Shown here: positions 1 to 29,353 of the stretch, in pieces
How positions within the stretch are numbered: the first letter of the stretch is position 1
Layout of the letters: the number at the start of each line of letters is the position of its first letter
Assembly: GCF_026571515.1 (NCBI RefSeq)
Contig: NW_026855289.1
Location: 62,001 to 126,000, forward strand
From: Ruditapes philippinarum
Lineage: Eukaryota
DNA: 64,000 nt
Reading direction: 5' to 3'
Translations under genes and position numbers: made by a program
Notes under the pieces: model-generated
The model's database searches: none
What the model saw: only the letters and a program-made list of their open reading frames with translations
What the model was told of the DNA's origin: nothing

Positions 1-763
1 TTTTGATAATCTCAAGCTCCTGCTGAATACATAAAAAAAAATATTTCATTTTATGTTTTATACAAAGGCATTTACTAATCTGGCAATGTGAATCATCTGT
101 TACAAATATTGCCTATTAATTTCTATCATATGAACATAGTTTAAAGTCACATAAGAAAAAAGATAAATTTTGCTGACAATATTGTTTAAATTAAGAAATA
201 ACATTTTACACTATAAACACTAGTAACATCAAGCATAGATCCAGGAACTTTTAACAGAAGAAGGATGTAAAAAAATGGGTAATGCACATTTCAAAGGGGG
301 TTTGATATTTTACTGAGAGCGTGTCTTGCTGATTTTCGTTCAATTTTGTGTGATTTTCAATAAATAATCTTAAGTCGAGAACCAAATCTTTGTTTCCACA
401 AACTAGCCAATATTTTTTGGCATATTTGTGATTTTTTTTTCAAAATCAAAGATATTTATAAAATTTAGCCCATTAATTTTAGAAATGTCAATGTTGCAAT
501 TCTCCAAGCACTGCAACATTTTGCAGTATAAAAGGTGCAATTTTCTATTAACATAAATATCTAAAATTTTAGTCACATTTCTTTGAAATAATGTTGATAG
601 CAATGAATAATTGTCACAATTCTCCAAACACTGAAACATTTTGTTGCATCAGACAAAAATTTTTTTTCTTACAAAATTGTCTTAAAATTAAGTCATTTTC
701 TTCAAGCCGATGTTTACAGTATATTTGTAATTAAAATCTGTCCTATCACAAGTTTACATGCTA

Positions 764-18057
<17,294 letters not shown>

Positions 18058-19687
18058 TCTTGTAATTGGTAGCGAGGGATGCTGTAAAGCTGGGAAAACT
18101 TGTTTTTGTTTTTCACGTTTTCTCGCAACAAGTCTGAACTTCAATAGCCTAATTATGCTAAGTAGCATGGGACTCCGTATTATCGGCGTACTTAAGTTTT
18201 CCTATATGCCTGCATTGAATTTCATTCATGAATTTAATAATCAATATTCTGTGTAAAGCAGTACAAATTCAACTAATCATTACATTTTTTATTGAATGAG
18301 GTCAAAGATTTTTAATTTCAATGTATACATGACCGCACATGACAAAATACTGAGAGTACGTCGATAATAGAGTTGCGCCGATAATACCGAGTCAGAGTAC
18401 AGGTAACAGGTCAGGAAAGTGAGATTTCTTGCTCTGATATCATTTTTAAAAGCAATTACTCAAAAGTTCAGCAAGCAACATCTCATATGATGTCCATTTT
18501 ATGTTTGAAAGTTATCCTGAAATAAAATTTGCTGAAATTATACCCACAAATTTGATTTCTTGCTTTTGATGATAAATTCATTTTCTTCCAGTTATGCCCC
18601 TATTAAGAAAAAATGACCGAACATGACAAAATACTGAGAGTGCGCCGATAATACAGAGTTTGAGTATATTGAAGCATAGTAAAATGTTAGTAGTAAATAT
18701 TTTGTTTTAAACTTTACATGGATGAAAATGACTAATACTTTAATTATATGGTCAAGGCTTCATTTAAATGAGTTACCTGTTCTTGAACATTATAGTGATT
18801 ATAGTATACATAAAAATTAAAAATAAAATGAAAATTTAAAAATACTTGAAATCACTACTGCAGTAGGGCCTTTAAAATAGAAAGATCCTGTTTTTCACGT
18901 GCAGATAACTTATAACATAAGAAAATAAGATGGTGACCCAATATTTCATGTAATGATGCAAATTTTAAAAATATTTAAATTTCCGCTCTGTTCAAAATTT
19001 TCCATTTATCTAAAGTCGGCAATAAAAGTAATTATTCTGGTGGTAAACGATTCAGTCACGTTCCTGTAGATCTATTGATATTTTGGGCTTATTTTATGTT
19101 TTGCTATTTAAACATTCAATGCAAATTGAATTGATCCTCACATTTGATGCAAGCATCATTTCATCGTGCTGCACGTGTACAAGTTGTTATATATACTTTG
19201 GCCATGCATGACTGAAAATGTTTTCCGATGTATTGAGCATGATAGAAATTACGCACATATGTATAACAATATACATATATATGAGAAAATACAAGTTGAT
19301 AAATCTCAATGCCTATTAATCTTCTTAAAGAGACATTTTGAACAACGTTTGCAAAAACGTCCGTTCGTCACGTGAAATAATGGTATTTTTTCATAGTAAA
19401 ATATAATATTGAACATGTAATTATGGCAAAATATCACGTTAAGATTTTTAATTACCTGTTTACAGTGTACGTGTCAATTATATTTATAATGAAATTTGAA
19501 ATACTTTTATATTTTGCAAAATAACGGAAAAAAGTAAGTCTAAGCATCGATCTTTCTTTTTTCTCTTTCGTTTCACAGTCTGGAGAGATTGCTCAGTGGT
19601 CTGAATGCGGGTCCTTTCCGTATTTCAAATACGGAATTTAGAGAAGCTTGGCTCAAAAGTAACGTCCTTGGCTAAATATTTTAAGAT
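18058..19687. promoter_or_regulatory. Divergent promoter interval between NAA10 and NDUFA5
   Basis: Start codons at 18057 (-) and 19688 (+) point away from each other, 1.63 kb apart. TSSs not determined. Confidence 0.6.
18171..18393. mobile_element. Small TIR element (MITE) just upstream of NAA10, with a duplicated right end at ~18612..18659
   Basis: GACTCCGTATTATCGGCG is inverted to CGCCGATAATACCGAGTC. ATGACCG-ACATGACAAAATACTGAGAGT occurs at ~18329 and ~18612. Confidence 0.55.
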
Positions 19688-22579
19688 ATGTCAGGCGCTG
19701 CAAGGAGAGTGGTAATTTATTACTAAAGCATCTAACAACATTTTAAAAACACTTCCGTTTATGCCCATATACGATTTTGAAATAAATTACAATTTGAATT
19801 GTTTACTAATAAAGTAACTTGCATAGTACTCGGACGTCAAAGAATGTACTTGTTTCGGACAAAAAATAACAAAACAATTTCTTAGCCATGATAATATATT
19901 AATTGCTCAAAATAAATATTTATCATTATAATCTAAAACTATATGGATATGGACAAGACAAAGGATGCGTGAAGGGTTTGAAAGCATTGTACGTCTTTGT
20001 AGACTAAATTTTATAAAACTTTTACTAAAAGATCTGAGATACATGTACATTATCTTATATTGTTAATGACACAGAAAAACCTGTATTAGTACTCACCTGA
20101 AGCACAGTTTTTTTCATCGCTTAATTTCCAAAAATGTTGTTTTGCATATGCATTGGATTGCATCAAATGAAGTTCAAATTAATAATATAAATTTAATTAT
20201 AGAGTGGGTGGACCAACGCTTGGCGTAAAAATACTATATTTGATTTGATAAATTCAAATCAACGTCAACAAACCTCAATGTTATATGTCCATTTTCAAGA
20301 CCGATGATATTGTTTTAAATAGCCATTGTGTAAAATTCGCTAATCACATAATGATGTGCATGGCTGGAGCTATACATACTATAAACATAGTCCGGATAAA
20401 CAAGAGTGGTTTGCGTGAAAGTGTACCATAGTTCGTCGTACAGTACTACATGATGCAGGATTGTTTTTCGAATAAAATCTCTTTTATCTTATGAAGAAAT
20501 CATATTGAATAAATTGTAACAACCAAATTTGGTTCATACATTTACAAGTACTCAACTTTTAGTTTAAATTTTACAGCCCCAGAACTCTAGTGTTAAAAAT
20601 TTTTAATAATTTATAATTATGTTGCGGATTACATGCGGTTGTTCATCTGCTATTAGCATTGTCATGTGACTTTACCAGCAGTGAACCACACCAGGGTAAA
20701 ATGGTGAAAGATGTAAATAAAAGCACAGGTGACCTAAATCGGAGATAACTGAGACATTTTCAGATATTCTAAAAAATATTTTTTACGCCGAGCATTGGTA
20801 TGCGCAGAGCATTGGTCCAACCACTCTAGCAATAATTGAATAAATGAAGATGGCCACGAGAAAAAATATGTAGATTTTGTGTTCAAATTTCACTTGTGAT
20901 ATCAAAGTTCAAACGTAGCCTCAAAGTAATAATAACTTGATTTTGATTGGTCAGTGTACATTCTACACCATTTTCCGACCAGTCAAATACCTGAGCTTAG
21001 AAAAATTCTTTATTATCTAGGACGCTTGAGTTTAGAAATTAATGTGTAAAATAACCTAGTGGATAAGTTTTCCTAGTGGACAAGTTTACCAAATTTGCTC
21101 AAAATATGCTTATTATTTAAAATAACAAGTATATCAAGTTTATATAACTTTATATTTTTCAGACTGGCCTGACGGGTCTGAAGGTTGTTGAGGAGCCACA
21201 TAAGGTATGTTTTTGTTGTAATGGATTTGCCAAGAAAGACGAAATTTATTATAACCAAAATAAAAAAAATTGTTCCCTTGTCCTCAGTCAGCTTTTACTT
21301 ATTCAGATACATTGTATATAAATATTTGAATTAAAACGTTAAAGACAGTTTACTGAATATATTCAATTACTTTTTTATGATATCGTTTTAATCATATATT
21401 CTCTGAACCAATCAACTTTTCTTGTTGGGGAATTTTTAATAGCAGTATTGAGTAAATTTTTCTTCTGTAACATATTTTGAGATTTAATAATAAAGGAATC
21501 GATGTCTGTTGAATTAATATTAACAGAATGTGTTAATGTAAAATAATAGTACTACATGTAATAACTTACAGATACAAGTCAGAAGTAAAAGATTGCTATT
21601 GAAAATCATATAATTACCATTGAATCATTTGTTATTTTGTTCAATTTCTCAATATATGCAAAATTTACCATATATTTTCTGTTTTTATAGAAACTTGTAA
21701 ATCTGTATGAAAGGACATTACGAGTACTTGGCAAGATGCCAGCGGATGCTAGTTACAGAGTGAACACTCAGGCTATCATCAAACAACGGTTACAGCTTGT
21801 ACAGTCAGTAAGTTACATTGTTGTTCATTAAAGCCTCCAAGAGGAGGAGAAATGTCATAGTGGTAAACTTAACAGTAAAACTTAGGATGTCTGCCACTTA
21901 CCAGGGATTGAGGATTCCAACCTTGCTTGGATCATAACCATGTTTTCCTCAAATGTCACCAGTATTGGTTACCTCTAGGGTGTAGACGTAAAGTAGTTCA
22001 AATAATCTTCTGACTTTCATTGCAATCAAACTAAATTAAACTAAGCCTTGCAAAGTGCTTATGGTGATAACAGAAGTACTGTCAAAATATTTCACCATGA
22101 TAAGGATATGCCTATATGCATAATTGCATTTCCATGCAGCCTGACAAGGGTCTATACTGCTTGCTGCTACATATTGGCATTTTTATACTGAAAGACATTA
22201 AACAACAAATGCCTAAAATGGATTATTCCCAATTCAAATGCATGCTTTTTGAACAGACTGTATACTGTTTGATGCTTAATTTTAGTATTTCTTGATACTT
22301 GAAAGTTACCATCTAACAATTTTATTGTACCTAAATGCAAAAAGATTGACAAGTTGATTCAAGTTATTTAGCATGGTAAGTGACATGAGTATATTTCTTT
22401 TGTTTCAGGAGAGTGATATAGCCACCCTAGAGAGAAAAATCAACAATGGCAGGATTGAAGAAATAATACGACAGGCAGAAAGAGAACTTCATTTAGCAAG
22501 AAATTTTGTACAGTATAAACCTTGGGAGCCATTGATTGCAGAGGCTCCAAAAGGACAATTCCAGTGGCCACCTTGTTAA
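19688..22579 (+). CDS. NDUFA5: NADH dehydrogenase 1 alpha subcomplex subunit 5; join(19688..19711,21163..21204,21691..21807,22409..22579), 117 aa
   Basis: MSGAARRV|TGLTGLKVVEEPHK|KLVNLYERTLRVLGKMPADASYRVNTQAIIKQRLQLVQS|ESDIATLERKINNGRIEEIIRQAERELHLARNFVQYKPWEPLIAEAPKGQFQWPPC*. TGLxGL, EExIxQAExEL and WEPL...QxxWP motifs. All junctions phase-0 GT-AG. AATAAA at ~22781 and ~22793. Confidence 0.93.
20200..20828. mobile_element. Non-autonomous TIR element in NDUFA5 intron 1
   Basis: TAGAGTGGGTGGACCAA...TTGGTCCAACCACTCTA, plus subterminal GGCGTAAAAA/TTTTTACGCC. No clear TSD. Confidence 0.7.
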
Positions 22580-24581
22580 TGGATTGTTACATTTTAGTAC
22601 ATAGTAATTTGTTTTGAATTTGTGTAACACAGTGAATAAGGTAGATTTGGAAATAATACTGTATTGTAATGATAAGACAAGTAAGAAGAATTTATTGGTT
22701 ATGAACAAGTGAAATAAGGGAGAGAAAAAACATTTTTCATTTGTTGTAAATGTATTAAAATATGCTAAAATTTGTTTACAAATAAATGATGAAATAAAAT
22801 TTTGGTTGTTTTACATAATAGATTATTAGCCTTTGTTCAATGTTGAAGTACTTTCAAAATTTTGGGAGAATTAACTTCTGCTTCCAACAGATTTAGCTAG
22901 AAGCGAGGGACAAAAAGTAAAATCTTGCCTATTTACCCTATCAATTACATACAGTATTAAAGATTGACTAGATCTACATATTTTCTATGAGAATATATTT
23001 TCTATGAGTACAGATATCATGTACAGATACATATATTTTATAAAAGATGCATATTGAAGTATGAGAATTCAGTAAAAGGCAATTATTCCATCATGTCAAA
23101 AAAAACCTCAGTGGAGTCCCTTTAAGCTACATGTATAATGATCAAAAAAGTCATCATGAATATTTAATAATCTAAGTGTAATGTCAACAAAGGTGATTAT
23201 AATCCAAGTATTAATGCCTTTGTCTTTTTCACCAGTAATGAATAATAAAGTCATTTTAATAATGTATCTTTTTTATTCATAATATATAAAAAGTCATACA
23301 AAAACACTTCAAAACATTTATGTTGTAAAACATTTTGTGCAAAAAATCCTTCAAGAATATATATACATAAAATGTGATCCCAACATCAAAGGGGGTCATC
23401 TACTCAGGCCAGACCCAATACACCTATGAAGTTTTAGGGTAATAGGCCCAGGCAATCTTAATTTATTGATTTTAAATAATGTGGGATTGACCAACAGACT
23501 GACCAACATCATGCTGCAAAACAATATATGGAAGGAAATATCCCCCAGTTCATGAATCATGCTATTCATTATTCAACATTACAATTTAATTGACTACTTT
23601 TTTTTAATCATTTTATTTTCCTTATATACATGTAAATAAGCATTCTGTTATATTATTGTGTTAATTGAAACACCACTTGTAGTTTAAAAACAGTTCTTAA
23701 TGTTTTTATATTATAAATCAATTATGTAACTATACATGCAATCATCTTTGTTAGTGTTGAATATTTATTCTGCCTTATTTCTCAATAACATTGAAATGTT
23801 TAAATTACATTTCAGTAAAAATACCAGAAGGGGGACATAATGACAAAGATTTCTGGTGTATTCAAAATAAATTTCTACTGTGCAGAGATAACACAATGTA
23901 TATTTTGCATTTTTTTTTTTTGTACACTACAACATGCAAAAATGTTGGAGAGTCAACCTTGGTGCCGTTAAAAACTTAAAATAATGAGTTTGGACCCCTG
24001 TGATACAGTTAAAACCTGGAAAATTAGGGTATTGAGCACAATGCAATACAGCCAATACCACTAACCTAGGACTGCTTCAACCCAAAATAAATGTTTCTAT
24101 AGGCAAGCACTCATATTCACAAGCTTGCTTGTATAACATCCCCTGATCCCAGTGATAGAAATAGCTTGTAAGAACTAATTACACTGTTTCTAGTAATGAG
24201 CATAATGACTTGATCATTTATTCATTTAAATTAATGGTATGCACAAGTAAATAATTGTTTGAAATTTTTTTATGTCTTGTAGGATTGCATTATTTCAAAT
24301 GAATTGTAACATATTTACTTTGGTAAATCTGCAAACTGTTAATCAGTCTAGTAAATCGACTATTTATAAAAATAATTTTAAACACTAAGCTGGTTAAAAT
24401 TTATTAGTACATGTTTACAAAATTATATTGGTTGCACGGTTACACCTCATCTGACCAATTTAATTTTGTAAATACATACTAATAAACTTTAACCTATACT
24501 AAAAATTTGTTCAAAATTAGACTTCCCACTCTAGCTAAATAAGAATAGATATAAAACTCAAACTTGTTTAATGTTCCCTTG

Positions 24582-25400
24582 CTATTTCTCTTTCTTTTTG
24601 CTATCAGCGTGTAAAGCAGTACTTACAGTAAAGCAAAACATATTCACAAAATGCACCTGTCCGATATCACACAGTTTTGAAATCAAATGACCGGAAATGT
24701 ATTTAAAAATTTCATGATATTTTACAAGCTCAAGATCAAGTAACTTTAACACTACAAATCCTGCACAGCTGAGCAAAGCACCAATGAAGGAGTTTCTACA
24801 TTTAGCCTGTGGAACTTTCTTCCAAGCAAGGACAGCCCCGCCAATTGCAAAACATATGTGTACACCAAGGCTGATTTCAAATCCGTGTTTATCGTACAGA
24901 GATAGAAAATAACTTCCAATCGAAGCAGCTATAAATGTTACGTTCCAAACTGTGCTCCATCTGCTAACTGTATTCATCCCCCATAGGAATACCAGCATGA
25001 AGAATGGCAGAGTATACCACTGGTCAAGAATGGCAAATCCCTTCAGCTGGGTCACAATTCTTAATGTCTGAATGGGTCCATAGCAACAAGCTGCGACATT
25101 GAAGATATAGAATAAAAGAGCGTCAGATTTACGTATTGTGTTTTCTGTCAGTGCAATGGTAGTGGCTGCGCACCAAGCCGCTCCGACAAACACATAGCCT
25201 AAATTAACTACGGAATTAAACGGCATCTTAATCCACCTGGGTAAGAATCCTTTCATTGAAATATGGACTCTCTCAGCATAATGCTGAACTCCTATCTCTG
25301 CTGTAGCACCATCAAGACATCCTATGTATACAACGTAACTCATAAGCCCTGTGACTGACAAAACCAGCAGCAATGACTTCACCATAATCCCTGGCAGCAT
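24582..25400 (-). CDS. TMEM187: Transmembrane protein 187, single coding exon, 272 aa
   Basis: Multi-pass hydrophobic ORF with family motifs HYAE, MPFNSxVNxxY, YGPxQxLR, LDQWxTLP, GFVVLKLxD and GHxxSKxCD. Splice acceptor TTATTTGCAG lies 24 nt upstream of the ATG (25425..25426), implying a non-coding first exon. Confidence 0.92.
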   Translation of the reverse strand: MLPGIMVKSLLLVLSVTGLMSYVVYIGCLDGATAEIGVQHYAERVHISMKGFLPRWIKMPFNSVVNLGYVFVGAAWCAATTIALTENTIRKSDALLFYIFNVAACCYGPIQTLRIVTQLKGFAILDQWYTLPFFMLVFLWGMNTVSRWSTVWNVTFIAASIGSYFLSLYDKHGFEISLGVHICFAIGGAVLAWKKVPQAKCRNSFIGALLSCAGFVVLKLLDLELVKYHEIFKYISGHLISKLCDIGQVHFVNMFCFTVSTALHADSKKKEK

Positions 25401-25961
25401 TTTGTTTAATTATTGATATCCACACTGCAAATAAAGTAAATTATTTTGTCAATACAATTCTTTTTTAAAGAAATGACAAATAAATGGAAAAAAGACATTA
25501 AAAGTTTACAGTCCAATACAGTCACAGGAACTTGAAATTTTATGACAGAATATTTTTTATACAGCACAAGGGCTATTTTGGATATCTTTATCAGCTTATA
25601 AATTATAAGTTTGTGTCATAGAAATCAACTACATTAAGGACGTTTTCGGGAGTTTTTATATAGACTTATTGGCAAAATTAAAACTGTTTGATAACAGAAA
25701 CATTTTCAGCGAAAGAAAAATTGGGGTCACAATTCTCATTTTCGAGTTATCTGCCCTTAAATGCAAAATTTCAAGAACAAATTTAGAGTGGATAGTTTTT
25801 TTTCCTACATCTTCTCTTAACTTGTGCATTTTTTTCTTAAAAATTGGCCTATTTTTTCATGAATTTAAAGTTCCTTCATTTTCATTGAAAATAATTAACG
25901 GAACTGCATGTAATTATGTATATTTATTCAACAAGAAAAAGAAAAACATTATCCAGAAGTA

Positions 25962-26850
25962 CAGCACATCTACCCAATGAGATCTATCTACCTCCAACGT
26001 TTCATGTTGATATCTATTATACTTTCAGAACTATGTCCTGGACAATGTTCAAAGTGTAAAAATGGACAAAGGGCAATTACTCCAAAATAAGGCGAGGCAG
26101 AGTGATGCTTATTTTGCACTGCACTTCATCCCAATGAGATCTATCTTCCTACAAAGTTTCATGTTCATATCTATTATACTTTCAGAACTATGTCCTGGAC
26201 AATGTTCAAAGTGTAAAAATGGACAAAGGGCAATAACTCCAAAATTAGGCAAGGCAGAGTTATGGTTCTTTTGCACTGCACTTCTACCCAATGAGATCTA
26301 TCTACCTACAAAGTTTTATGTTGATATCTCTTCTTGTTTCAGAGTTATGTCCCGGACAAAGTTCAAAGTGTTAAAATGAACAAAGGGCAATAACTCCAAA
26401 ACTAAGCAAGGCAGAGTTATGGTTCTTCTGCAGTGCACTTTTACCCAAAGTGTAAAAATGGAGAAAGGGCAATAACTCCAAAATTAGGCAAGGCAGAGTT
26501 ATGCTTATTTTGCACTGCACTTCTACCCAATGAGATCTATCTACCTACAAAGTTTCAAGTTGATATCTCTTGTAGTTTCAGAGTTATGTTCCAGACAAAG
26601 TTCAAAGGGTAAAAATGAACAAAGGGCAATACATTTGTAACTCCAAAACAAAGTTTAATGTTGAAATCTCTTATAGTTTCAGAGTTATGTTCCAGACAAA
26701 GTTCCAAGTGTAAAAATGAACAAAGGACAATAACTCCAAAATAAGACAAGGCAGAGTTACGGCCCTGTGCACTGTACATCTACCCAATGAGATCTAGTTT
26801 CATTTTGATACCTCTTGTTGTTACAGAGTTATGTCCTGGACAAGAAAAGC
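25962..26850 (+). repeat. ~158-bp tandem repeats of the bivalve HINE/satellite-like type
   Basis: AAAGGGCAATAACTCC...GGCAGAGTTATG...CCCAATGAGATCTATC...AAGTTTCATGTTGATATCT repeats at ~157-158-bp spacing (26061, 26218, 26375), with truncated units after. Confidence 0.85.
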
Positions 26851-27889
26851 AGAAGGAAAGATATCAGGAAAGACTGAGGGACAAAGCGTAACTTTATGTT
26901 CACCCTTCAGAAACCATTAAAAGTAAAATTCATATGCAAATTAAGTTTAATAACTAAAAATGTTTCCAAACTCCACAGAACATGAATCGATGAATGCCCA
27001 AACATTCCTCCGTTTTGTCAGCCTATGGACAGGATGACGGACAGACCAGGGCAAATCTGCCCTAATAAGTGGGGCATCTTTGACATTGAAAGGTTCTTAA
27101 GCGTTACATTTACTTAAAGAAAAGGTTCATATAAATAAAATTATGCCTATCCGAATACTTTCATGTCCGAACATATAATACTGGCATAAATCTGGACAGA
27201 GAACTATTTTTTAGATGGCACATCGTGATAACAGTTGAAAGAATTGAAAAAATGCTTACAACATAAAACATACAGTTTGTCTAATGTTATTCAAAAGTAA
27301 TAACTGGAAAAACAGTGATTTTTTTCCGGTAGGGAGGTTCCTATGTTTTGGTACGCCTGAATGAAATTTACGAATATATTCTACTATATCTCTGGTTCTA
27401 TTGTTAATCGAATCAGTTCTATTTCGTTAAAAAATTTATAAGACGAATTTAAGATATAGAGATTTGTTTTGTATGGGTCTGTTATGTGCTTTCAGAAAAA
27501 TGACAATAGTTGGCATGGAGTTTAATATAAGTTTATATATCTGTGTAGTTGGTGAAGACTAATTTTAAATATTGTAAGCATCAATTTTATTGTTAAGCCA
27601 AATTTGGGACTTCCGATAACATTATTTAAAGTAAATTCCACAGAAAACACGATTTTTGAATTTTAAGTTTTCCACAGACTAAAAGAGTCATTCAAAATAT
27701 TATGTTGAGCTTAATCTATTGAAAAGCCAATCATTCTATTACTTTAAAAAATATGCTTCCCACGCGTTTTTGTCTAATATTTCATTACGATGAAAAAACT
27801 TGTCCCTTAATTGTAATGATGTTATGCTACATTGCATGACAGAGGGCCATACTTTCAGAAAAAGGTCCTTCTGTCCAATTTATCTGGGA

Positions 27890-28648
27890 CAGGGTCTTTC
27901 AAATAGAATGGTCTGGAGCCGGAAGAATTTGACGAAAAAAAGATGTCTCGGTTGAATCATGTGATTAGGTTTTCTACTGACCGTGACCTGGCATAGTACA
28001 TCACCCTTCAAAAGTCAAATTATAAGATAATAGTTTGTTAAATCGATCAAAAAATTACTGAAAACTAATCCTGGCTATATTACATGAGTATTTTTTACTT
28101 TAAAAAGTAACAATTTTATAGATTTCCAATGAAATTAGGAATTTTTCATTCCCGGTGTCAAGGTAAAAATTTACTGCTCATATTTGAAAATAGGTCCAAG
28201 TTTCATAAGCTTTTTTTCAATTTATGCATTGTTCAATGGGAAAACAGAAACTGATTTTACAGAGGAAAAATGTTATTTAATCGTATCATGTAAAAAGTTT
28301 ATAATATTTTACGATATTATTGATAAATATCTGATGCTTAATTTGGTGCATTTTCAAAATGGCGCCATTTATCGTCAAATTTTCAGAACAAGCAATCTAT
28401 CTTTTTCAACAGATATGGAAAACATTATTTCCTGAAATATTTTATCCTTTTTTACAAGTTTAAAGATTTTCAAAGAACATCATGTTGTTAGAATTTTCAT
28501 TTTTGCTCTTTTTTATTTTTGCTTTAATTTTCACCCTTTTCTTGATTTGCGTATAGCAAACTATACCGAGTTCTGCCGAGACATGTTTAATTGTAGCGAG
28601 AAAGGTTTACATAGCGCGTTTCCGGACCATTCCATTTGAAAGACCCTG
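27890..28648. mobile_element. 759-bp non-autonomous TIR element, P-like (7-bp TSD)
   Basis: 28-bp TIR CAGGGTCTTTCAAAT(A/G)GAATGGTC(T/C)GGA (26/28). Flanks TCTGGGA and TCTTGGA (6/7). Confidence 0.75.
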
Positions 28649-29295
28649 TCTTGGACTACCCTTTTTAAGTCCCAGATTATGTATGTAATGTTTTTTGTTT
28701 GGTGAGAATAACTAGTTAACCATATTGTCTCGTCAGGAATCGAGCTAACTTGCAGTTACCCTTTATTTATTTTTCTGTTTCAAGAGCGTTGTATGAATTC
28801 TAAAAAAAGAAAGAAGAAAAACAGACGACATTTAAGCAGACGAACATCTTCCCAGCATGCAAAGGGTTCGTTTTATTTTAATAGTTACTCTCCAGAATGA
28901 ATAAAGTTATTAGGATATTTAAAGTGCGTGTATAGAAATGTATCATAATTTTATAAAACGAAAATAAAGGGACGTTTAATAAATAAAAATACTAATAATT
29001 ATACTTATATAAGTCTACAGTATACAATCAATTTATTTAATTACTGCCTCGCTTCAGTTTAAAGGGCCGACTTGTCAAAGTATCAATATAATTTTCACCT
29101 AGTTTTGATAATTTTATTTTCTTATCTTTGTTTATTTCACATTCTTTCTTTAATATTATTTAATATCAGATAGCTTAAATGTAAACTATGAAATTATTGC
29201 CATTTTATGTTTTTGTATTTTCTCCGGACATGCGTATATAACGGACGATTCGACTATAGACGGTTTTTATCACCGACCTTGACCTATGATTAGCA

Positions 29296-29336
29296 GTCAT
29301 GTGATTGGTGTTTTCAGCCATTGTACTACGGAAGTG
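29296..29336 (+). promoter_or_regulatory. ARL8 proximal motif cluster: M-box/CLEAR-like GTCATGTGA, inverted CCAAT, ETS site CGGAAGTG
   Basis: GTCATGTGA 29296..29304 overlaps ATTGG; CGGAAGTG at 29329..29336, 17 nt before the ATG. Motif match only. Confidence 0.45.
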
Positions 29337-29353
29337 AAAACACAAAAAGCAAG

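Noticed and set aside
26062-26779. ORFs in the 158-bp tandem array
   Set aside because: Translations of satellite-like repeat units.
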